Positions 7,737 through 17,386 of a DNA stretch of 32,000 nt are shown here, piece by piece (position 1 is the first letter of the stretch; every line of letters starts with the position of its first letter). The translations under genes and the position numbers were made by a program. The notes under the pieces are model-generated. The model did not search any database. It saw nothing but the letters and a program-made list of their open reading frames with translations, and was not told where the DNA came from. Origin of the DNA: Candidatus Helarchaeota ASGARD archaeon Hel_GB_B (GTDB lineage: Archaea > Asgardarchaeota > Lokiarchaeia > Helarchaeales > HEL-GB-B); assembly GCA_005191425.1 (NCBI GenBank), contig SUPR01000005.1, positions 1 through 32,000 on the forward strand. Direction: 5' to 3'.

Positions 7737-9500
7737 ATGGCAGAAATTAATCGAAATTATACACATTATATAGAAAAAATCAGGAAGAAAAAGATAATTC
7801 CACTAATTAAAAAAATAAATAACATACCGGCGACCATTGACTTCAACCTCCATATTTGGTGGGCTAAAAAACCTAATAATATTATTTCGACATTGATTAA
7901 AGAGTTAAGTAACGAAAATGAAATAATACTTGACCCATTCATTGGTTCTGGCGTTTCTGCAATCGAAGCTTTAAAATTAAATCGAAAAATAATAGCTTTT
8001 GACATTAGTAAATTGGCGATTTTTATTACTAAAAGTATTATTAATTGTTATAATAAATCAAAATTTACCAATTTATTTGATAAAATCGTTCTCAACCTAC
8101 AAAATAAAGTCTATGGAACAGAACATTATAAAATTACTGATTTATATCTTACTAGATGTCCTATTTGCGGTAAAAAATCTCAATTTCTTTATATGGTCTA
8201 TGATTTAGACTCTCCAAAATGGTTAAGATTGATGTGTACTCATAATAACAGGCTAAAAAACATTAAAAAAACAACATTAGACGAAGATGACTTTAAATTG
8301 ATCAATAAATGTGATAACATTAAAATACCATTTTGGATTCCTGATGTCAAGCTTTACAAAAATACTCGAATAAATATTCATGACCATTATTCTGTTAAAA
8401 CTTTTTTTACAAAAAGAAATTTAATCGCAATTTCTATATTATTACATGAAATTTCTCAAATAGAAGAATGTCTTGAAAAATCTTTATTATATTTTATATT
8501 CAGTTCTATTTTACGTAAATGTAGTAAATTGATTGGTCTAAAAGGAGGACTTTCAATAGGATACTGGATTCCAAAAATTGATCGTAAAGAAAATAATCCG
8601 ATCTTACAATTTATTAAAGCCAAAAATAAAATTCTGAATAATTGGCAATATATTAATAAATTAGAAAAAAATTCTCAATTTGCTACATGTTATGGCGAAT
8701 TAATTCGTGGTAAGCAGATATTAATAAAGCAATTACCAGTTCAAGATTTGAATAATTTTGTTCCAAAAAATTCTATAGATCTGGTAATAACAGACCCACC
8801 TTACGGTGATGAAGTGCCTTATCTCGAATTATCTGCTTTATGGTCTTCATGGTTGAAATTAATGCCTTCAAAAGATGATTTTGAAAATGAAATTGTCCTT
8901 TCAAATAGTCCATATCGCCCGAATAAAAATCCAAGGACTACTCTTGGACTAAAAAATTATAAAACGATGATGGAACATGCTTTTAAAAATATCGCACTAA
9001 CACTAAAACCTGAACATTTTGCTTGTATTTGGTTTCATGAATTAGAACTTCCTATATGGAATATAATGATCGAAGCGGCATTAAAAGCAGGTTTGATTTA
9101 TGTTGAACAGACTTACATATCTACTTCTAATATCCGGTCTCTAAAATCTAAATTAACTCCATTTCCTACACTTACTGGTCATGTCTTATCATTTTTTATT
9201 AAATTACCCGATAGTCCTATTAATTTTAATGATAAAAATACTATCGATCAAATTAATTATACAAAAATAGATCAATTAATTTTAGATTTAGCTAAATCTA
9301 TAATAAAAAAGCAAGGCGGGTCTGCTACAACAAACGAACTCTATATTAATGCAGGACTTTATAATAGTGGTATAATTTCGACTCTTATTAAAAAAAATCT
9401 TTTGGGAATTGTATCAAAAAAATATAATAATTTATTTTCAATATTTAATAAAGAATTACAATTCAATAAAAATGATGGGAAATGGTACATATCTAATTGA
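7737..9500 (+). CDS. Amino (N6A/N4C) DNA methyltransferase with Zn-ribbon-like insert (COG1743-like)
   Basis: HIWWAKKP, motif I ILDPFIGSG, CPICGK, motif IV ITDPPY; motif order is I then IV with a long intervening region. Confidence 0.88.
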   Translation: MAEINRNYTHYIEKIRKKKIIPLIKKINNIPATIDFNLHIWWAKKPNNIISTLIKELSNENEIILDPFIGSGVSAIEALKLNRKIIAFDISKLAIFITKSIINCYNKSKFTNLFDKIVLNLQNKVYGTEHYKITDLYLTRCPICGKKSQFLYMVYDLDSPKWLRLMCTHNNRLKNIKKTTLDEDDFKLINKCDNIKIPFWIPDVKLYKNTRINIHDHYSVKTFFTKRNLIAISILLHEISQIEECLEKSLLYFIFSSILRKCSKLIGLKGGLSIGYWIPKIDRKENNPILQFIKAKNKILNNWQYINKLEKNSQFATCYGELIRGKQILIKQLPVQDLNNFVPKNSIDLVITDPPYGDEVPYLELSALWSSWLKLMPSKDDFENEIVLSNSPYRPNKNPRTTLGLKNYKTMMEHAFKNIALTLKPEHFACIWFHELELPIWNIMIEAALKAGLIYVEQTYISTSNIRSLKSKLTPFPTLTGHVLSFFIKLPDSPINFNDKNTIDQINYTKIDQLILDLAKSIIKKQGGSATTNELYINAGLYNSGIISTLIKKNLLGIVSKKYNNLFSIFNKELQFNKNDGKWYISN

Positions 9501-9579
9501 TAAAATTTAGAGATTTTTTATGAGAAATAATTTAAAATAAAAAATTTATAGATCAAATGATAAAAATATTTTTATTTAG

Positions 9580-10902
9580 CTATTCTAGGGCCAACTTAGC
9601 CAGAATTTCTGAACAGATCGCGATATAACCCCACTGACCGGCTACATAAGAACCATATTCTAATTCAAATTTCTCATAATTATTTATTATCATTGTATAA
9701 TAAAACCAAGATCCATTATGTGCTTGTAATGAATATGCCATTGAATATACTCCTATGTCCGATCCGCCTTTATATGAAACTACCGACCAAGCATTAGGAT
9801 CGGCGAGTCCTGGGTTCAAATGAGTCGAAGTATAATTTTTTGTTTTATTTTGGATTGAATATATATCTGTACAGTTGAATGTCCACTCAATTTTGCTCCT
9901 ATTTTCGATATTATGAGTAAAATTCACTGAATTTAAGTCTATGTCAAATACATTTAATAAAGAAATATTATTTTCTAAATAATTATATTTCTCTGTTGTA
10001 TTCATCTCAAGATATTTTGTCAAATCTTGGTCATTTAACAGCCATCTTAATTTAAATGATTCAGCTGTTGTTAAAAGCGGTTTTGGATAATTTTTAGGAA
10101 TAAAATTCTCAATATAACTTCGGTTTAAGTAATGAATTAAATGATCTGCGGCAGTATTATCACTTATATTTATCATATAATTGGCTAAATCACGAAGTGT
10201 TAAAAGAGTACCGTTGTTTTTTTGATAAAGTATTCCTGATGGTAAGGATTTATATTTATCTAAAATCGGTATTTTAGTTTCCCAAGTTATTTTTTGGTCG
10301 TTTTTAATTTTATTTACAAGAGCTTCAAGGACATATAATTTAAATGTAGATGCTACTTGCATTTTTTGTCCTGTATTAAATTGATAAATAGTATGGTTAT
10401 CTCGCATAATTAATAACGATTTATTTCCAGGCAAATTTTGAAATTCTGAATATATTGTGGACCAATTTTGGCTTAAAAGATAAGAATTATAGTATTTCAT
10501 CATTCCAATAAAAAATGAATTTACTAAAAGAGTTACATAATTTAATGCAATAGTCCCTGTAGTCCATGCATGTTCTAAATAAAGTGTATATGTATATAAC
10601 CCATATATATTAGGTCTAGAAGATATAGATACATTATCAAATGCGCCATAATACTTTGTAATTTCATTAACAATATAAAACATATAATCTAACGATACAG
10701 CATCTGTAAAAGATTGATCAAATATTCCTCCTAAATCATCCACACTATTTGCGTTAAAAATTCTTTGAATATCCGTTTTCAGAATCTGTGCATTTCTATT
10801 TTGCAAATTAATTATATACTGCGAAATAATAAGGGGAATTAAAATAATTGAGAAAATTACGCATCCTATTATTATTCCAATAATAATTTTCTGCTTTTTC
10901 AT
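9580..10902 (-). CDS. Membrane-anchored serine hydrolase of class A beta-lactamase fold (ORF12/LpqF-like), with an extra N-terminal domain
   Basis: N-terminal basic plus hydrophobic anchor; SxxK (ASTFK), SDN (ISDNTAAD), PLLTT.E.FKL, and KGG at the KTG position. Confidence 0.85.
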   Translation of the reverse strand: MKKQKIIIGIIIGCVIFSIILIPLIISQYIINLQNRNAQILKTDIQRIFNANSVDDLGGIFDQSFTDAVSLDYMFYIVNEITKYYGAFDNVSISSRPNIYGLYTYTLYLEHAWTTGTIALNYVTLLVNSFFIGMMKYYNSYLLSQNWSTIYSEFQNLPGNKSLLIMRDNHTIYQFNTGQKMQVASTFKLYVLEALVNKIKNDQKITWETKIPILDKYKSLPSGILYQKNNGTLLTLRDLANYMINISDNTAADHLIHYLNRSYIENFIPKNYPKPLLTTAESFKLRWLLNDQDLTKYLEMNTTEKYNYLENNISLLNVFDIDLNSVNFTHNIENRSKIEWTFNCTDIYSIQNKTKNYTSTHLNPGLADPNAWSVVSYKGGSDIGVYSMAYSLQAHNGSWFYYTMIINNYEKFELEYGSYVAGQWGYIAICSEILAKLALE

Positions 10903-11183
10903 ATTCTAGAACTTTAAATTCATAAATTTAAATATTTTTTTATTAAATTTTTAAATTGTGTCGATTAGTAAAATGGGATTATAATTTTTTAAATTTTTAT
11001 AAATAATTTTTAGGATATTTTTTAAAAAATTGCGTCATATTTCTTTTTAATGTAATAAAAACAGCACATTTGTTAGTATCAATAAAGTTAAAAAAATTCT
11101 ATGAAAAGAATTATTAATCAATTGATTCAGCTTAAATGTAATTCAATATAAACTTTAAATGATGAAATTTGATGTGATATAAA

Positions 11184-12443
11184 ATGGGTAAGTTAATGAG
11201 AGAAGTCGCCGTTATTGGCGCTGGAATGTCAAAATTTGGTGCATTTCCAGACAAAAATTCCCGCGATTTATTTGCGGAAGCACTTATTAATACCCTTCAA
11301 AGTATTGATAAAAATTTTGAAACAAAGGAAATAGAAGCGTTGTATTTAGGAAATTATTCAAGTGATCTATTTGAAGGGCAAGGGCATCTTGCACCAATGT
11401 GCGCGGAACTTGCTGGCTTAACACCAAAACCAGCTTCTAGAACTGAAAATGCATGTGCAAGTAGTGGAATTGCATTAAGAGAAGCAATTATTGCTATTGC
11501 AGCCGGTGCATTTGATATTGTATTGGTTGGTGGTGTTGAGAAAATGACTGATTTACCGACCGCTGGAGTAACTGATACTTTAGCATCAGCAGCCGATAGA
11601 ATTTTCGAATTTTATGCTGGGGTGACATTTCCAGGACTTTATGCATTAATGGCAACTGCTAGAATGAATAAATATGGTACAACAAGAGAAGATTTCATGC
11701 GAATTGGAATAAAAAATCATAAAAATGGAGCATTAAATCCTTTTGCACAAATGAACAAATCCGTGGCAGAAATAATGAACAGTAAGATAGCAAAAGCAGA
11801 GAAAAAAGGTTTACCGAAACCTAATTGGAAAGATGAAATGGACTTTTTACATGATTTATCGGCAAACCCATACATTGCATATCCCATGAGGTTATTTGAT
11901 TGCTCTTTAGTTACTGATGGGGCTGCATGTTTGGTCTTAACAACAAAAGAATTGGCTAAAAAATATACTGATACCCCTATCTATATAGTAGGTACTGGGC
12001 AAGGTTCAGAAACTTTTGCAGTACATGATAGACCTTCTTTATATTCATTAAGATCGGCAGTTAATGCTGCTAATATGGCTTACAAAATGGCAGGAGTTAA
12101 GCCAAAAGATATACAAATTGCGGAAGTACACGATTGCTTCACAATAGCAGAGATGGTAGCTATGGGCGATCTAGGCCTATGGGAACGAGACGATATAAAC
12201 CGTGCTGTCAGAGAAGGTGATACTGCTTTAGACGGTGTCAGACCATTAAATACAAGTGGTGGACTTAAGTCTAAGGGCCATCCTGTCGGAGCAACTGGGG
12301 TAGCACAAGCTGTAGAAATCTTCAAACAAATGCGAGGCGAAGCTGAAGGTAAAAGACAAGTTAAATTTGATGTTGAATGCGCACTTACGCATAATGTTGG
12401 TGGATCTGGAGGATCGTGTGTGGTACACATATATAAAAAATAA
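11184..12443 (+). CDS. Thiolase, archaeal/SCP2-type acetyl-CoA acetyltransferase
   Basis: ENACASSG (catalytic Cys), GGVEKM, EVHDCF, NTSGGLKSKGHPVGATG and HNVGG. Confidence 0.95.
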   Translation: MGKLMREVAVIGAGMSKFGAFPDKNSRDLFAEALINTLQSIDKNFETKEIEALYLGNYSSDLFEGQGHLAPMCAELAGLTPKPASRTENACASSGIALREAIIAIAAGAFDIVLVGGVEKMTDLPTAGVTDTLASAADRIFEFYAGVTFPGLYALMATARMNKYGTTREDFMRIGIKNHKNGALNPFAQMNKSVAEIMNSKIAKAEKKGLPKPNWKDEMDFLHDLSANPYIAYPMRLFDCSLVTDGAACLVLTTKELAKKYTDTPIYIVGTGQGSETFAVHDRPSLYSLRSAVNAANMAYKMAGVKPKDIQIAEVHDCFTIAEMVAMGDLGLWERDDINRAVREGDTALDGVRPLNTSGGLKSKGHPVGATGVAQAVEIFKQMRGEAEGKRQVKFDVECALTHNVGGSGGSCVVHIYKK

Positions 12444-12455
12444 AGGTGATGAAAA

Positions 12456-12935
12456 ATGGCTGATATTACTAAATTAAATGTTTATACTAAAGATTATTTG
12501 GACGGAATTGATAATAAAATTCTCTATGGTTCTAAGTGTAAAAAATGCGGGAATATTATGGTACCTGCAAAAGTTATATGTACAAAATGTCAAAATCCTG
12601 ATCTAGAACTATTTGAAATTAAACCTGAAGGTAAGATCGCAACTTTTACATGCATTGGAGTAGGAACTACCTATTTCGTAAAAAAAGGATATTCAATGAA
12701 AAAGCCTTATTGCGTAGCAGTTGTAGAATTAGATAACGGGCAAATGATCACTGGCCAATTAATCGGTGGCGATATAACATATGACGAAAATCAAGACCCA
12801 TTAATCGGTGGTAAACCTATAAAAGTCGGGGCTCCCGTAGTTGGTGAATATGAGGAATATAAAGAAGTAATAGAAGGAAAACGAGGCGGACCTCAAGAAC
12901 GCGATCGATGCAGATTAGTTTTTAAATTAAAATAA
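12456..12935 (+). CDS. DUF35 Zn-ribbon/OB-fold protein, thiolase partner
   Basis: CKKCG...VICTKC Zn ribbon, G.I.TFT, PY.VAVVELD.G; directly after the thiolase, with a GGTGA ribosome-binding site. Confidence 0.93.
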   Translation: MADITKLNVYTKDYLDGIDNKILYGSKCKKCGNIMVPAKVICTKCQNPDLELFEIKPEGKIATFTCIGVGTTYFVKKGYSMKKPYCVAVVELDNGQMITGQLIGGDITYDENQDPLIGGKPIKVGAPVVGEYEEYKEVIEGKRGGPQERDRCRLVFKLK

Positions 12936-12945
12936 TTTCACCCCA

Positions 12946-12952
12946 TTTTTTT
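12946..12952 (+). terminator. Possible oligo(dT) terminator after thiolase-DUF35
   Basis: CCCCA followed by T7, 10 nt after the stop, in the gap between convergent genes. Confidence 0.35.
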
Positions 12953-12953
12953 A

Positions 12954-13790
12954 CTAATAATTGCTTAATAATTTTCGTAAATCATTAATACTTTTTTTCA
13001 AGTCGTGTATATCATAAGTTGGGTCTCCAACGCCTATTAATTGAATCGGGTTTGAATTTGAAAGTAAATCCTTTTTTATGTTTTGATATAACCGGTTCAA
13101 TGGTACTTTTAAATTTATGATATTGCCCTCTTCATTTAATTTTAAATCACAATCAGATAAATAATTTTTAATGGTTCTTGTAAGGTCGTCAATAGATTTT
13201 ATTAAGATATTTTTTATTTCTCTATCTATTACAATTGTAATTGTAGCATCAAATATTCCCGCTCTACCTTTTGGATGAGTGATATAAAAGAGATAGACTA
13301 ATCCAAAATCATTCGAAATAGGAATAATAGAACTAGTAATTACTCGTTCATCTTGATTTCCTGCTAATAATATAAGTGATTTCATTGCAACAATATTCTG
13401 AAAATTTTCATCTTGTGGTGGAAAACAGAATTGAGGAGTTGGCCCTAGAATATTTGCAGTAGAAATTATTACACATTTGATAAATTTGTCTATAACTACT
13501 TGATTTATTTTCGAAAGTATTTCCACATGCTCGAAATTTATCTTATTTCCCGTCGCTAAAAGATAAATTTTGTCTGTTATTCTGTAAAATAAAAGTTGAA
13601 GAGCAAACTTCTGAATATCTAGGATAAAATAATGGTTTATATTAATTTGGTCTGGCTTTTTAACAAATTTTAAAAGATAATTTTCTATATTTGGACTAAA
13701 ATTAGAAAAAACTATTTTATTATTATTTATAATACAGTATTTCTGGAATAACTTTGATTCATTAATTAATTTTGTTATTTCATTAACTAT
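12954..13790 (-). CDS. Longin/uDENN-like protein, probably with an additional N-terminal roadblock/longin-like domain (track start is 13526)
   Basis: GPTPQFCFP...IVAMKSL...SIIP...GLVYLF...GRAG..DATITIV resembles uDENN/longin cores. The frame is open upstream to the TAA at 13824-13826, and an AGGTG site lies before an in-frame ATA at 13790. Confidence 0.6.
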   Translation of the reverse strand: MVNEITKLINESKLFQKYCIINNNKIVFSNFSPNIENYLLKFVKKPDQININHYFILDIQKFALQLLFYRITDKIYLLATGNKINFEHVEILSKINQVVIDKFIKCVIISTANILGPTPQFCFPPQDENFQNIVAMKSLILLAGNQDERVITSSIIPISNDFGLVYLFYITHPKGRAGIFDATITIVIDREIKNILIKSIDDLTRTIKNYLSDCDLKLNEEGNIINLKVPLNRLYQNIKKDLLSNSNPIQLIGVGDPTYDIHDLKKSINDLRKLLSNY

Positions 13791-14005
13791 TTTGATTACA
13801 CCTATTAGGTCTGAATTGATAGATTAATTATTCGAGTTTTAAATAAAAAAGATTTTTGTATAATGATCATTAAATTTTAAAAAATTCCATTTGAATAAAC
13901 ATCTAAATTATTTATTAATAAGTTTGAGTTTTGAGTTAATTTTATAAAAAATTAATATTTATTATAAAAAATAAGACAAAAATAATTGTAAATGAAGGCA
14001 TTAAA

Positions 14006-14896
14006 ATGAAGTTTAAATTAGAAGGAAATATACCTGCATTAATAACACCTATGAAAAAAAATTTAGAAATAGACTTCGATGCGCTAAGGAGATTCGTAGA
14101 TTTCCAAATTGAAAATGGCGTAGATGCTGTATTACCATGTGGTACTACTGGAGAATCGGCTACAATGAGTCACCAAGAGCATAAGAAGGTAATTGAAACA
14201 GTAATAGACGAAGTTAATGGAAGAATCCCTGTTCTTGCAGGTACTGGCTCAAATTCAACTAAAGAAGCAATTGACTTAACAAAATATGCAGAAGATGTTG
14301 GAGCTGATGCATGTCTTTTAATTTGTCCTTATTATAATAAACCGACACAAAGAGGTCTTATAAATCATTTTAAAATCGTAGCAGAATCTACTAATCTTCC
14401 GGTAGTATTATATAATGTTCCATCTCGTACCGGTAGAAACATTGAAGCTGAAACTACAATTGAATTATCAAAAATTCCGAACATTATTGGAATTAAAGAA
14501 GCCAGCGGAAATTTAGCACAAATAATGAAAATAATCAAAAACACTGAAAATTTCTCGGTTATTTCTGGGGACGATTCTCTAACGTATACAATATATATGT
14601 TGGGTGGAACTGGTGTTATCAGTGTTGCGACTAATATAGTCCCAAGATTAATGAGTGATTTTATTAAAAATTTACGATCTGAAAATTATAAAGATGCGCG
14701 GTCTTATCATTATAAATTATTGGATTTATTTAATGTTTTATTCATTGAAACTAATCCCGGGCCAGTAAAAGAGGCTGCATCATTATTCAAAATTGCTGGA
14801 ATTTCCAACTGGTTTCTTAGACCACCATTAATCAATCCAACACCTGAAAATTCTAAAAAAATCAAGGAAACAATTGATGCCTTAAAGGTTTTTTAA
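14006..14896 (+). CDS. dapA: 4-hydroxy-tetrahydrodipicolinate synthase
   Basis: PALITP, GTTGES, PYYNKP, YNVPSRTG, and IKEASG (Schiff-base Lys). Confidence 0.96.
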   Translation: MKFKLEGNIPALITPMKKNLEIDFDALRRFVDFQIENGVDAVLPCGTTGESATMSHQEHKKVIETVIDEVNGRIPVLAGTGSNSTKEAIDLTKYAEDVGADACLLICPYYNKPTQRGLINHFKIVAESTNLPVVLYNVPSRTGRNIEAETTIELSKIPNIIGIKEASGNLAQIMKIIKNTENFSVISGDDSLTYTIYMLGGTGVISVATNIVPRLMSDFIKNLRSENYKDARSYHYKLLDLFNVLFIETNPGPVKEAASLFKIAGISNWFLRPPLINPTPENSKKIKETIDALKVF

Positions 14897-14914
14897 TTTA
14901 TTAGGGTGAATTAA

Positions 14915-15742
14915 ATGGTAATAAAAGTAGTCGTTTCTGGTGCAGACGGAAATATGGGCTCACTGGTCGTAAAAAATATTATTAAAGATCCTGAAACAGA
15001 ATTATGTGGTGGAATTACAATAAAAGACTCCCCAAATCTTGATAAAGATATTGGATTAGTAGTCGGTCTTGAAAAATGTGGGATTACTTTAGTAGATAAT
15101 ACTGACATTGACTCTTATTTAAAAAATATCAAGCCAGATGTATATGTAGATTTTACAATTGCTTCAGCTGTTAAACAGAATATTAAACATGTTCTTAATA
15201 ACAAAATAAACTTTATTATAGGGACTACTGGGTTAGACCAAGAATTATTAGATTTTATAAATAAACAAGTTAAAATTCAGAATTTAAGTGGTGTAATCTC
15301 TCCAAACATGGCCGTCGGAGTTAATGTCTTCTTCAAAATGGCTCAAATTCTGACTAATTATTTAAAAGGATTTGATATTGAGATTATTGAAGCCCACCAT
15401 AATAGAAAGAGAGATGCACCAAGTGGTACTGCTTTAAAAGTTGCTAATTTAATTGCAGAAGAATTAGACAAAGATTTAAATAAAATTGGCAAGTTTGGTA
15501 GAAAAAGAGGTCCCGAAAAAAGAGTCCCAGGTGAAATTGGTATACATGCAATAAGAGCAGGCGATATAGTTGGCGAACACATGTTATTATTTGCTGGCCC
15601 TGGTGAAAGAATCGAATTAATTCATAGAGCTCATAGCAGACAATGTTTTGCCGAAGGTACTATAAAAGCTATTAAATTCATTTATAATAACAAAAATACT
15701 GGAAAAATTTTTGATATGTTCGATGTACTTGGCTTAAAATAA
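14915..15742 (+). CDS. dapB: 4-hydroxy-tetrahydrodipicolinate reductase
   Basis: GADGNMG, DFT, IGTTG, EAHHNRKRDAPSGTA, RAGDIVGEH and FAEG. Confidence 0.97.
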   Translation: MVIKVVVSGADGNMGSLVVKNIIKDPETELCGGITIKDSPNLDKDIGLVVGLEKCGITLVDNTDIDSYLKNIKPDVYVDFTIASAVKQNIKHVLNNKINFIIGTTGLDQELLDFINKQVKIQNLSGVISPNMAVGVNVFFKMAQILTNYLKGFDIEIIEAHHNRKRDAPSGTALKVANLIAEELDKDLNKIGKFGRKRGPEKRVPGEIGIHAIRAGDIVGEHMLLFAGPGERIELIHRAHSRQCFAEGTIKAIKFIYNNKNTGKIFDMFDVLGLK

Positions 15743-15780
15743 CTATCTTTTTTTTAAAATAAATTAATTAAGGGTTAAAT

Positions 15781-17091
15781 ATGGATTTTTTGGAAAATAA
15801 AGGGTTATCTATCAAAGATAATTTATTGTATATAGGTAATTGGAGCTGTTCAGATTTAGTTAATAAATTTAATACACCGATTTATGTTATCAATGAAAAA
15901 ATTATAGTTAATAGATATCAAACGCTTTATAATACTTTAAAAAAATATTATGATAAAATCAGAATTCACTATGCTGTAAAAGCTAACACTAATATGGCTA
16001 TATTAAAAATATTAAAAAACTTAGGATCTTATTTGGATTGCGTTAGTCCAGGAGAAATATACATCGCCAAAAATGTAGGTTTTAAACCTGAAAAAATATT
16101 ATACACTGGAAATAATTATACTAATGACGAGTTAAAATTTGCTTTAGATAATAAGGTAATGTTAAATTTAGACGCGATATCTCAAATAGACCGATTAATA
16201 TCTACAATTAATAAGGGAAAATTCTCTAATAACAGACCATTGATTTCTTTTAGAGTAAACCCTGAGTTTGGGGGCGGTCATCATGACCATGTCATCACAG
16301 CTGGTCCTAATGTAAAATTTGGAATACTTGAGCGCGATATTATTAGTGCATATAAAAAAGCAATTGACATGGGCTTTACAAAATTTGGAATACACATGCA
16401 CATTGGATCTGGAATTCTGGACGTAGCTATCTTTAAAATTGCTGCAGAAAAATTTTTTAAGATAATTGAATTAATTAAAGCAAATTTGGATATTAATTTC
16501 GATTTTATTGATTTAGGTGGTGGTCTCGGTATTCCATATAATCCAGCAGAGGAACCCCTTGATTTAGATCGATATGCAAAAACCATAATTGAAATTTTCA
16601 AGACATATAATGAAAAATGTTCTTTAGAGAACCCATATTTCTGTATTGAACCAGGTCGGTTTATCGTTGCCGAATCTTGTATTATATTATCAAAAGTTAA
16701 CACAATTAAAAAAATGCGAGATCAGAACTATGCTGGGATCGATGCTGGATTAAATCTATTGATTAGACCATCGCTTTATGGATCTTATCATCATGTAGTT
16801 GTCGCAAATAAAATGGACCAAACTTCAAAAGAAATATATAATATCGCTGGCCCAATTTGTGAATCCGGCGACATATTAGCAAGAAACAGGTCTCTTCCAT
16901 CTATTGAAGAAGGTGATATTATTGCAATTTTAGATGCTGGTGCCTATGGCTTTACAATGAGCTCAAATTATAATATGCGTCCTCGTCCAGCTGAAATTTT
17001 AATCAATGGTAATAAGATAAATATCGTCCGTGAAAAAGAAAGTTTTAAGGATTTAATCACAAAACAGAGAATTCCTGATTATTTACAATGA
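15781..17091 (+). CDS. lysA: Diaminopimelate decarboxylase
   Basis: TPIYV, YAVKAN (PLP Lys), KFG, HMHIGS, DLGGG, EPGR, GPICESGD, GAYG..M.SNYN.RPRPAE. Confidence 0.97.
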   Translation: MDFLENKGLSIKDNLLYIGNWSCSDLVNKFNTPIYVINEKIIVNRYQTLYNTLKKYYDKIRIHYAVKANTNMAILKILKNLGSYLDCVSPGEIYIAKNVGFKPEKILYTGNNYTNDELKFALDNKVMLNLDAISQIDRLISTINKGKFSNNRPLISFRVNPEFGGGHHDHVITAGPNVKFGILERDIISAYKKAIDMGFTKFGIHMHIGSGILDVAIFKIAAEKFFKIIELIKANLDINFDFIDLGGGLGIPYNPAEEPLDLDRYAKTIIEIFKTYNEKCSLENPYFCIEPGRFIVAESCIILSKVNTIKKMRDQNYAGIDAGLNLLIRPSLYGSYHHVVVANKMDQTSKEIYNIAGPICESGDILARNRSLPSIEEGDIIAILDAGAYGFTMSSNYNMRPRPAEILINGNKINIVREKESFKDLITKQRIPDYLQ

Positions 17092-17386
17092 ATATGTTTT
17101 ATCTTTTTGTTAATTTACTTTTTTATTTAAAATATTATTATTAATTTGTCATAATAATTTGTCATAAAAACGTTTCATATGAATAATAATATTCTAAACT
17201 TAATAATTGGAGATATTTTTATATATACAATTAAAAATATAAAAAATATTTGATTAATTATTGATTATAATATCCATTTGATAAAATAAAAAAGATAATA
17301 TAATAATATTCAAAAAATAAATTCAAAAAATAAATAAACAATCTGTAAATAATTTAAAAATTTCTAAAATGGAGTAAAAAACTAAA

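Noticed and set aside
10861-10902. Lipobox-like IIGC in the serine hydrolase N-terminus
   Set aside because: The hydrophobic stretch continues well past the Cys, so it fits an uncleaved TM anchor better.
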